DNA of 64,000 nt from Podarcis bocagei (lineage: Eukaryota), in the NCBI GenBank assembly GCA_964188305.1, contig OZ076888.1; one strand, written 5' to 3'. Below the pieces are notes generated by a model. The model made no database searches and was not told the DNA's origin. It saw only the letters and a program-made list of their open reading frames with translations. Position numbers and translations under genes: made by a program. Shown here piece after piece: positions 23,301 to 31,968 of the stretch; within the stretch, counting starts at the first letter, position 1; the number at the start of each line of letters is the position of its first letter.

Positions 23301-26300
23301 GTGGGTTTCCTTTGGTCCAAAGGTAAGCACAGCTGCTTTGTTAGGACTTGAAAGAGGCCCATTTTGTGAATTCCTTTGCACTAGGAATGTGTAGCATCCA
23401 ACATACCATGTCAGAGCGAAAAGCTAGCTTTATAATCCTTATCAACAATCTGTTCTAAATTAGATTATATTTTAACGGCTGCAAGTACCATTGAGGTAGA
23501 ATGGATGTGAGAGACGGTAGTCTGGTGCATGAGTAAAACTAGCCATGTGAGTGACCTAATGGGAAGGGAATTCTATTTACAAGGGTGTTGAACAAATAGG
23601 TCTGTTCCGCACTCAGCCAGCCAGCGACTACTGCTGGGGCACATTTGAGGACATATTGCCCCTTCCTCGTTCCCTTTGGAAACCAAATGAGCAGAAATGA
23701 TTCCCTGGCTCCCATGTCAACACAGGAAACCTATCTGATACTGCCAAGAGTCGGGAGGACCCTGGATAAGGCAGTGATGTTGTCACTGAAGTATTGGAGA
23801 GAAGAGATGTATTGCCTCTGTGCACAGCTGCAAGCTATGGGAGCTTCCAGATAAGGTGTTTCTTGAGCATTAATCCTGATTTGTTTGACAGCATTGGCTA
23901 TCTAACAAGTGTTTCTTCTGATTTGTTTGTGAGGCGATTAGATGATGTTGTGTCAAGGCAAGTATTGTTGCGCACTTTCTGGTACATTTCCCAATCACTT
24001 TCCTTCTTGCAAAAAGTCTGATATTTTGGGGAAGGGGGTTTGTTGCACAAGGTCTCCAAAACAAGTGCAATTCTGCAACCTCAGATTGCTGGTATGGGGT
24101 TGAATTCCACCCAAAAATGGCATCGAAGAGCCCAGAAGGGGGCCATCTCAATGGGGGCCACTTTCTGTGTTATACTTCAGAGCTATGTTTGAGATGCCTG
24201 AAAGTGGTCTGTACCCAGATCCCACAGTCTATTCACTATGTAGGGATGGGAAAGGAATTTGGTTCAGCTAGGATTTTAATATGAACCTTCCTGGAGAGCC
24301 AGTGTGGTGTAGTGGTTAAGAGCAGTAGTCTCGTAATCTGGGGAACCGGGTTCGCGTCTCCGCTCCTCCGCATGCAGCTGCTGGGTGACCTTGGGCCAGT
24401 CACACTTCTCTGAAGTCTCTCAGCCCCACTCACCTCACAGAGTGTTTGTGGTGGGGGAGGAAGGGAAAGGAGAATGTTAGCCGCTTTGAGACTCCTTAAA
24501 GGGAGTGAAAGGCGGGATATCAAATCCAAACTCTTCTTCTTCTTCTAATTGACCCTTTCCAAAACCATATGTGAACCAAAACACAGTTATTATTTGAATT
24601 TAGTGCTTCTCCAACTAAATAGTGTGGGCATAGATTACATACAAAAATGTGTAAATTGGCAGAAATTTACAATAAAATGCTGGTGAGTTTTAACACATTG
24701 TTAACAAAAGGGGGAGGGGCAAACTGAATTTATGACTAGAAAAATGAGAAACTGAGTGAAACCAAGAGAAACCAAAATTGATATTCTGTGCTAGGCATGA
24801 ATTTGGGTATCATTCAGAAGATATTACATGGAAATGGGAGACTTAATCAAAGTTACACTTAACCTTTGTAAAGTATTTTGTGTTCAAAGTAACTCACGTG
24901 CATTGTGTAGCTGTACAAGTCAGCACATTTACCACATACTGCAGATGGAGCGACTGAGGACAGGTGGTTTGCTTAAAGCTACATAGTGAGTTTACGGACA
25001 AAGCAAGATTTTTAATATTTGATGGTTTACTGTGGTTTCACAATTTGTTGGAAGCTGCCCAGAGTGGATGGCAGCACTAATAATAATATTATCACCAGCA
25101 CCAGCACCATCAAACTGGGGGTTTTCTATATCCACTTAGTAAGCCCCACTGAACTCTGTGTAAATATGTGTAGGACTGCACTGCCGTTTTTGCTACACTA
25201 GACCAACGGTCTCTAAATATAAAAATCCCACAAGATCTTTTAAGTTGGTCTGAGCTAATGCACCACAGAAAGTGACAGAAAGGAAAAAAAAATAGCACAT
25301 TTTACCAGTGTTACTTTTCAACTTTAAGCTTAGGAAATGTTTAAGGCCTACTCCACCAACAGACTGGGGTTTCTCCTCAGCGGGCTTTATCTATTGATGG
25401 CGGCAGGGCCCAAAGCTGGTAATAATTAATATATTACAAGATATATCTGGGATTACAAATTAGCCATGTTCCCATTAACTATTTTGTTGTGCTATCTAGA
25501 AGGAAAAGTTGGGACGTGTGTGCTTGAAGGCAGCACTAATCTCCAGTGTGGTGCTGTAAGTTTAGCAAGCAACTGCTCCTAAAGACCAAACAACACATGG
25601 CAGCAACAGAGCTGTTTGTTGAAAACAGGGCCTTCACCGAAGTGCATATCAAGCAGGGGGAAATGTCTAATGGTTACCACATGAAGAGGGTATGAAGGTT
25701 GCAGGGGCTGCACCCTCCTCACTGCCTCTTCCCCACAAGATTATCTCTCTGCCGAGCCAAGGATCAGAGTTCAGCTGAGGAGAAAAAGCAGCTGAAAGAG
25801 TAGACTGTGGTCAAGCAGGGGAGGTATAGCAGATACACATGCACCCCCTTTTTTCTATAAATTATATCCAGACCGCACATTATGTGCAATTGGGGCAGAC
25901 CTAAATGTCATCTACAGCAGCTGTCCCATCAGGTGATAAGACAATGCCAAGGAGAAAGATGGGACCACAGAGCCTCTCCATCAGCTCTGCTGACAGACCC
26001 ACAATTTTTGGCTCCTCCTCTCCTTGAAATATTTCCATTCTAGCTGTTCATTACAAATTTAGACCAAATGCCTAGATTCGCTTTTTTCCCTCCTCCTTTT
26101 TCCGTTTGTGTCGTTTCTTTTAAGATTGTAGGTCTGAGAGCAAGGGGCTGCCTTTATCGATTACATTTTTTTAAGTCTTTCAGGTAGCTTTCTGGCTGGA
26201 AAAAGGGATACAAAGGCCCACCCCAATACATTTTGCTGTCTGAGGCAAAGGACAAAGTGAAGCTTCCTCCATTTCAATGCAAAAGCTGCTTAGACTAGTA

Positions 26301-27362
26301 GTTGAAACTTTTTTGACACCAGTGATGGGACAGCCTCCTCCGCAGGGCAGGGGACACAGGCAGTCGATGTGTGTAATAGAAATGTAATAAAATAAACCAT
26401 CAATGATAAAAAAAAAATTCAGGACTGATCAAGGCTGCATCTTGTTTTTTAAAAAGCGTATTTTATGTTAAGGTACACATTTTCTCTTAACAAATACGTT
26501 GACTCATATTTACAAGATAGGGAAATTACTTCACTTACCCATCGTCTGAAGAGATTAGGGCACATGTTGTGTGACAACCTACACGTAATTCTAGGAATTC
26601 TTTTATGATGGTGGAAGAATGACTAAAAGGCATTCTTCCACCATGGGGGGAAGGTGGACAGGAGAGAAGAGCAGAGGTCTCAGAGAATGATGGAAGGCTA
26701 ATAACACGACTTTAGAAAGACACATCACGGAACCAGATCTAAAAGCCTTTCCCAGATTGATAACTAATGCTGTTTAACTAAACCTCTGGGTTTAAGTTAT
26801 AGCCCATGTGATTATTAAAAGAATTATTGTAGTAGCAGTAATTTTCCTGGGTGTGTTTTCTAAAAAGAAGATCTATTTATTGATTGCTGCCTGTTTAGCC
26901 ATGGGAAGAAAACTGCAGCTTTATCCTCATATAAAATGTTAGTATTAAAATGTGACTGCAAATCCCGATTAGCAGCTCTAGCCTTGCACAGTTCCATAAT
27001 AGGGACAGTCCGTTGTTGTTAAATCTAAAAATTACCATTCTAGCTTAGGTGTACTTGTCACACATTCTGAACTTTGCTTGCACCAAGATTCCTTTCCTTA
27101 GATATTTTTTCCACCTATGAGAGTGCAATTAAATTAAAAATAGCCGAACAAACTCATCCTCTGCCAATTTTTGCTAAGTGTATGTTGTAACTACATACAC
27201 AAAACTTTCTTCTTTTTTTAATGACAACCCACAAGTCAAAAAACAATTCTCTTATTTAAAGTAGCTGATGTCAAAACAGTGAGCCCAGCCAACTCTTACC
27301 TTTTTGATCTGGTCCTCTTTTAGTTTTGTGAAATAAAACGACACTAAGTGTACAGCAAACAT
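5010..27362 (-). CDS. HKDC1: Hexokinase domain-containing protein 1, complete spliced CDS (18 exons, 917 aa)
   Basis: Exons 27362-27300, 21663-21501, 20438-20290, 19125-19006, 17888-17793, 17381-17282, 17045-16862, 15979-15824, 14990-14757, 13430-13126, 12636-12488, 11199-11080, 10144-10049, 9741-9642, 8287-8104, 7474-7319, 6335-6102, 5154-5010. Lengths sum to 2754 nt with consistent phases. N-terminus [21 protein letters not shown] and C-terminus ...[12 protein letters not shown] are HKDC1-type; synteny with SUPV3L1. Confidence 0.97.
5309..5368. repeat. (TC)30 microsatellite
   Basis: Perfect dinucleotide run in HKDC1 intron 17. Confidence 0.97.
5661..5842 (-). mobile_element. tRNA-derived SINE (degenerate)
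   Basis: Minus strand: gggaagggccatagctcagtggtagagc (A box) ... ggttcaatccccagc (B box) ... cttcctatgttcc tail; related copies near 35732-35905 (+) and 40745-40835 (-). Confidence 0.7.
6102..6335 (-). CDS. HKDC1: HKDC1 exon 17 (234 nt)
   Basis: [16 protein letters not shown]...[12 protein letters not shown]. Confidence 0.96.
7319..7474 (-). CDS. HKDC1: HKDC1 exon 16 (156 nt)
   Basis: [20 protein letters not shown]...[11 protein letters not shown]. Confidence 0.96.
8104..8287 (-). CDS. HKDC1: HKDC1 exon 15 (184 nt)
   Basis: [16 protein letters not shown]...[12 protein letters not shown]...NPGEQR. Confidence 0.96.
8436..9240. mobile_element. Old hAT-like MITE (TAGGG termini), interrupted by a Sauria SINE
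   Basis: Shares internal blocks with 3955-4097, 18200-18632 and 24241-24790; TAGGG...CCCTA-type ends. Confidence 0.55.
8812..9179 (-). mobile_element. Sauria SINE, full length
   Basis: GGGACGCGGGTGG head, B box GGTTCGAATCC, (ACCTTT)n tail; perfect 13-bp TSD TGTGACTTGGGTA (8799-8811, 9180-9192). Confidence 0.92.
9642..9741 (-). CDS. HKDC1: HKDC1 exon 14 (100 nt)
   Basis: [33 protein letters not shown] (catalytic ND motif). Confidence 0.96.
10049..10144 (-). CDS. HKDC1: HKDC1 exon 13 (96 nt)
   Basis: [32 protein letters not shown]. Confidence 0.96.
11080..11199 (-). CDS. HKDC1: HKDC1 exon 12 (120 nt)
   Basis: [40 protein letters not shown]. Confidence 0.96.
11968..12321 (+). mobile_element. 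Sauria SINE, full length
   Basis: GGGACGCGGGTGGCGCTGTGG head, (ACCTTT)n tail; 13-bp TSD TTAAG(A/T)GTTCAGA (11955-11967, 12322-12334). Confidence 0.93.
12488..12636 (-). CDS. HKDC1: HKDC1 exon 11 (149 nt)
   Basis: [25 protein letters not shown]...MQGTGEE. Confidence 0.96.
13126..13430 (-). CDS. HKDC1: HKDC1 exon 10 (305 nt, inter-half linker)
   Basis: [14 protein letters not shown]...[12 protein letters not shown]...[14 protein letters not shown]. Confidence 0.96.
13688..13860 (-). mobile_element. L2-type LINE 3' end with (ATACTA)/(AAT)n microsatellite tail
   Basis: tttattatttataccccg...gggcttccccagtcactctaggcggcttcc; adjoining simple repeat. Confidence 0.55.
14757..14990 (-). CDS. HKDC1: HKDC1 exon 9 (234 nt)
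   Basis: [16 protein letters not shown]...[13 protein letters not shown]. Confidence 0.96.
15230..15367. mobile_element. Palindromic MITE
   Basis: tacatttaaag...cttcccccaaagaatcctgggagctgtag / ctacagctcccc..aattctttggaggaag...ctttaaatgta long imperfect inverted arms. Confidence 0.6.
15824..15979 (-). CDS. HKDC1: HKDC1 exon 8 (156 nt)
   Basis: [21 protein letters not shown]...AAMEK. Confidence 0.96.
16206..16373 (-). mobile_element. Sauria SINE 3' fragment
   Basis: (AAAGGT)n tail and 3' body closely similar to 8812-8985; 5' half absent. Confidence 0.88.
16862..17045 (-). CDS. HKDC1: HKDC1 exon 7 (184 nt)
   Basis: [16 protein letters not shown]...[11 protein letters not shown]...NPGKQL. Confidence 0.96.
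17282..17381 (-). CDS. HKDC1: HKDC1 exon 6 (100 nt)
   Basis: [33 protein letters not shown]. Confidence 0.95.
17793..17888 (-). CDS. HKDC1: HKDC1 exon 5 (96 nt), GC donor
   Basis: [32 protein letters not shown]|gcaagt; same length as paralogous exon 13. Confidence 0.92.
18259..18470 (-). mobile_element. L2-type LINE 3' fragment inside hAT-like MITE
   Basis: (GAT)n tail, cagggtggctcacagc, ...ttcgcctggcacct...gaaggcaccaggcgagcctcc. Confidence 0.5.
19006..19125 (-). CDS. HKDC1: HKDC1 exon 4 (120 nt)
   Basis: [44 protein letters not shown] flanks. Confidence 0.94.
20290..20438 (-). CDS. HKDC1: HKDC1 exon 3 (149 nt)
   Basis: [20 protein letters not shown]...HGSGTD|gtaagt. Confidence 0.96.
20795..20872 (-). 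mobile_element. CR1-type 3' tail fragment
   Basis: catagaatcatagaat...gagttggaagggacc...tctagtccaaccccctgcaatgcaggaatc. Confidence 0.75.
21261..21460 (-). mobile_element. Old CR1-clade 3'UTR fragment
   Basis: ataagaagagccctgctgga...ggtccatctggtccaacatcct; related pieces at 28619-28930, 50170-50250 and 57830-57890. Confidence 0.55.
21501..21663 (-). CDS. HKDC1: HKDC1 exon 2 (163 nt)
   Basis: cag|[13 protein letters not shown]...[14 protein letters not shown]|gtaagc. Confidence 0.96.
24293..24546 (+). mobile_element. Squam3-like tRNA-derived SINE, full length, nested in hAT-like MITE
   Basis: A box tggtgtagtggt, B box ggttcgcgtctcc, core gctgggtgaccttgggccagtcac, (CTT)n tail. Confidence 0.85.
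27300..27362 (-). CDS. HKDC1: HKDC1 exon 1 coding part (63 nt)
   Basis: ATG at 27362; [21 protein letters not shown]; donor AAG|GTAAGA; below the ORF-track length cutoff. Confidence 0.95.
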
Positions 27363-28683
27363 TTCTCTCTAATGCCTCAGTATTGATGGAACGGCTGTGA
27401 GCAACTAACTTCAGATCTCATTCATATACTATGAGGCCAGCAAAACTCACTTGCCGGGGCCATTTGCCAGCAGAGATGTTAATAAGAAACCCCAGAGCAG
27501 CCAGTCCTAAACAAGTCCATTCAGTGTAGTTGGTTCAATGATTAATCTCCAGCCTCTTGCTCTCTCCTCCTTCCCCTCTCCCCCCACCTCTCTCACATAC
27601 AGAGTCCCTCCCACCACTTGGTATAGTCTAATACTGAACAGGTGGCTAACTGCCAAGAGCAGAGAAAAGGAAACAATTAGCTACTGGCCCAATTTGGAAA
27701 TGTTCTACCCCTGAACAAACCAGTTGCTATGGGTGCTTCTTTGCTTAACTGAAACCCAGCACAATCTTCCACAGCATGGCACACTTCCAGTAGGGGAAAA
27801 GTAGTAAAAACAAGCCACTTCAATGGGCATTGTATCGCTCAGAAACATTGCTGGGAACGGCATGGGAATAGAGGACACTTTCCTTCCCAGCCACCCAGCC
27901 GCTTGGCACTCTGCAGCATTGCAAAGTGCATTTTCCCAGTCTGCTACATTTTCGTCTCATCTAGGCAAGTTTTCACAATAATTTGCCTGTGGGCTCTCAA
28001 GTGCCAGTCGTCTGCCACACAACCCCCAGATCTCAAAGAGTTTGAGAAAGGAAGAGCTGTGCAAAAAAAATATGTATTTTTCAGCCATGCACTGATGCTT
28101 AGGAGCTGCCATAGCAGAATGAAGTAACATGGCTGTTAAGATCTTGGACAGCAACAGATGCAAAAGGAGCCTTGCTTATAAACACAAAGAGCTGAGCTGT
28201 GTAGTACTTTGACAGAGGCATAATGGACATCACAAGCACTCGACTTTAGGTCCAACCTATCCTGTGGCTTATAATGCTGAATGTTCATAACCAAGGAGGT
28301 TGATCTATCCAGAGAGTGGCAGCCTCAGTTGTATCTTCCAACATGACCGATCCCCAGCCTCCTATAGCTGGCGAAGTTTCCAAAGCTGAAATAACTTCAC
28401 AACAAACTGAAGAGCCCCAAAAGCATGGCGCCAGTACAGCTTGTGAGTTTTGTTTACCGGAATTTGCTGCTAGCTGAACCAGATCTGTGTCTAGCGGGTG
28501 GCTGCTAGACAAGGTGTGTCCAAGAGAAAGCTTTCCTAGCCCTAGATTAGCTCTGCTTAGTAAGTGAAACGTCATCTCCTCAGGCTGATGCTTAGCATAT
28601 GCAATGGTATAGAACATTATAACATAAGAAGAGAGCTCCTGGATCAGGCCAACGGTCCAGCTAACACAGAATCCTGTTCATAC

Positions 28684-28817
28684 AATCATAGAGTTGGAAG
28701 GGACCACGAGGGTCATCTAGTCCAACCCCCTGCAATGGAGGAATCTTTTTGTCTAGTGTGGAGCTTGAACCCACGACCCTGAGATTAAGAGTCTCATGCT
28801 CTACTGACTGAGCTACC
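28684..28817 (-). mobile_element. Short SINE: tRNA-Lys(CTT) head + CR1 3' tail
   Basis: ggtagctcagtcagtagagcatgagactCTTaatctcagggtcgtgggttcaag... followed by gcagggggttggactagatgacc...cttccaactctatgatt. Confidence 0.85.
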
Positions 28818-31481
28818 AAGGTGGTTCTCACAGTAGCCTACCAGATACCTCTGGGAAGCCTGCAAGCGGAGCAAGAGCACAGCACTTTCTGCACCTGTGA
28901 TTTCCAGCAACTGACACCCAGAGACTCCGCTGCAACCGCTCTCAGCCTCTTCACAATTGCACACAGAAAGAAAGAACAATGGACTCATTGTCCATCAGTG
29001 GCATCATTATCCTCCGTTCCCCTGTACCCTCAATTAAAAGGCCAGCAGCTAAAGAGTGCTGAACAATGGCAGCACAGCGATGTCATCCTTCTTCGGATGA
29101 CCTCCTGGAAAACGGCTGATGGGGAAAGGGCAGTGGGGGAGACGAATGCAAGAAAAGTTTCCCAAACATGCTGGTCTTCAACGGATGAGTCGGCAGCCAC
29201 TACTGCCTGACCAAAGGTGGATATGACAGCAGTGAAAAATTAAGACCTGGGTCCCCTAATTCATAATTACATTAAAGGAGAATTCTCAGTCTGTAAAAGT
29301 TAAGACTGCAAAAAATATGTTTCTCCCGAGTTTTCTTTCGTAGCTTGCCACCATCTCAAGGTCGCTGCTTTCCCACCTGACACACCACTTTACGAACCTA
29401 TTGCAGCTTTGTGCATAAAAGTTCAGGCCCTGCTCCTCTCTTTCCACTGCACCAGGCAGGTTCCTTGGCACGTCTCTTGCCACTTCTCCAATCACCTACT
29501 GTGCCCAATCTCTTATTCTGTGGTCCCAAAATCTTTTGAAGACAGGGAGAACTTGGATGGGGAGCCAGCAATAACACTCAGCAGCATGCTAATAAACACA
29601 GCTTCCAGACCACAGGAACATAATAAGGAGACTGTGCATGACACTCCCATTTACCTCCTGTATAACCTCAAAGAGGCCACTGGAGTGCTTTATAGCAAAA
29701 AGAGAGGATGGTGATTCATATGGTCACCTGGTTGCAATTCTTACTCACCACAGGGGATCAGACTAGTTAAATGCAAGCCTTCTGTATTAGCACTAAAAAC
29801 AGGAGATCATTTCAGGAGGGAGCTGTTGTGTTTCTTACACAGTCAACCTTGGAGAGGAGCTTAGTCTTTACTACTTGTCTCCTTTCCACAAAATACTTGG
29901 CTTTCATTCATCTCCCCCACAGCAAAATCAAGGTTCCAAAATTTGCCTACTGCGCCAGTCTACACCCCCCAATTCTATTAAATCCTAAAATGCCATTCAG
30001 GTTAATAACATGTGGAGAATTCTGTCCTGAGCTAGCTAGCTCCAGAACTTGTTAGCAGAGGATTAGTGCAGTAGTACACCCTATTCATTTAGAAGATCAT
30101 GTGAACCCAGTTAACTCTTCATCGAGTCTAATTGTATCCACATCATTAGTGTGGAAGTAAACTTTCGTCCAAATCAGCCTTAGAAACGCTTGAGCAAACT
30201 TCAGAGTGATTATAACAGTTACTATGGAGACACTATGGGAACACACAGCAAATTAAAGGAAGTGCTAATCTCAGCAAAATTCAAAAGAATGTCCCAGTTA
30301 GTGCTCTGCTCCTTAAAGGCTCACTACTCAAAACCCAAGATTTCGTTTTGTACTTGCAAGCGCACAGCTCCAGCTCTTTCTTGTCTACGGGATGTTCCAA
30401 GTCATTCAAATGTCACACAGCCACAATCTCAAGGTCACATGGAAGGGAGCCACAGCCAACTCTGACTGCCGCAATCAACGAAGTTCATTCTTGAAATATA
30501 TACTACAGCAATAAATGATAAGCCTACGGTATCAGCTTCAGGTAGCCACCGTGCCCTTCCATGGAGCAAAGTTCTCCCTTCCCAAGTCTGCTTCTGTGCA
30601 ACTATTACAACATGGGCCGCATCAACCCCTCTTAACTGCTAGGGTGCGAGAATGCAAAGAATGCAACCTATTTCCTTCCTGTGAAGGATAATTAGAAAGT
30701 GTGGGTTGGGTGTCCTATCTGAGGGTGTTACGAGTCAAAAGACCTTTCTACTAATCTGTTTATCTGCTGAACTATGTACCTCGTCGAATGAGATGGATGA
30801 CCAACTGCAGAGATAGGTTGCGTTATTAGAAAAATACGCATGAACTTTGTGATGTGACGCATTGGCTTTGAGCTATCTGAGGTTCAGTGTTTAAACAAAG
30901 ATGTGTGGTCCCTTTGGATCAACGTTATGGTTTGGGGTAGCACGACATTCACAGAATATGCTTGCTGCAAACTTTACACTTATAATGACGCCTACAACTT
31001 CAGCTCCAAGCCCAATAAAGTTCATGTAGCTGCATTTACTCACATTCATCTCTTGTGGTATTGTTTTCTCCTCTCCTCCTGTTCTCACCCACCTGCCCCA
31101 ATCAGAAACGGTGTGCTGTACTGCAGTTCTCTCAGTCCATGGCCATTAACTTTGCTGAGGCTGATGGGAGATGCAGTTCACAATCACTGGAAGTCAAGAC
31201 CCTAAGTGCCCCATTTTGTTTCTTGCTTCTGGTGTAAAGCACCGTTTAAGGCAATGTACAACTGGAAAATTCTTTTACTGTTTATAATACAAATTTTTAA
31301 AAATCTATACCTACATCAGGATGGAAAACATGTGCCACTCAAGATACTGTTAAGACTACAACTTCTGTCCTCTCTAACCACTGGCCATGCTGGCTGGGGC
31401 TGACTGTAGTCCAAAAACATCTGCAGGGCAACAAGTTCCTAACCTATACCATCAAAAGACCAAAGCTTATTAAATATATTT

Positions 31482-31487
31482 TTTATT
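31482..31487 (-). terminator. SUPV3L1: SUPV3L1 polyadenylation signal (AATAAA)
   Basis: TTTATT on + strand, 18 nt after the TAG stop. Confidence 0.6.
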
Positions 31488-31505
31488 TTGCAAAGACACA
31501 GCATC

Positions 31506-31968
31506 CTATTTCCTCTTCTTCCCTTTGTTTGGGCCTGTGTTTTCATCTGTGGCACAGCCCTTGCGACGAGCCAGCCACTCATGTTCCAACTGTTTCAGCA
31601 TATCTTGGGTGAGGAGTCCCTGCTGTATTAGTCTGGCAGCCAGAGCGCCCTGAGCTCGGCCCTGTGCTTCAGCAGGCCTATAGTTCATCGCTTTGGATCC
31701 CCTTGCTCGCCGGTGCCCTTGGGTCTTCACGTCACTTGGGGAAAGCTCTCCGTTAGCCTCTAGGAGGTCTTCCGCATTCAACATCCCATTGCCAATGCTA
31801 GCCCTCTGGAGAGGAAAGTCGTCTGGTAAAGTGACAGACCCAGAAGCGGCCTGCGATACTCGGATCAGCCTCGTAATGTTAAGCACCCCGACTTGTATAA
31901 TGTCGTCCAGCTCCTTCTGTATGTCCCTGACGAGAGCAGCATCCGGGAACATGTCCATAAACCGGTAG
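31506..31968 (-). CDS. SUPV3L1: SUPV3L1 exon 15 coding part (463 nt)
   Basis: [21 protein letters not shown]...[17 protein letters not shown]...GKKRK*. Confidence 0.95.

Noticed and set aside
28745-28820. Functional tRNA-Lys gene
   Set aside because: Acceptor stem does not pair and the sequence runs into a CR1 tail; it is a SINE head.
30790-30885. Box C/D snoRNA
   Set aside because: No proper RTGATGA C box, terminal stem or recognisable rRNA guide; intergenic.
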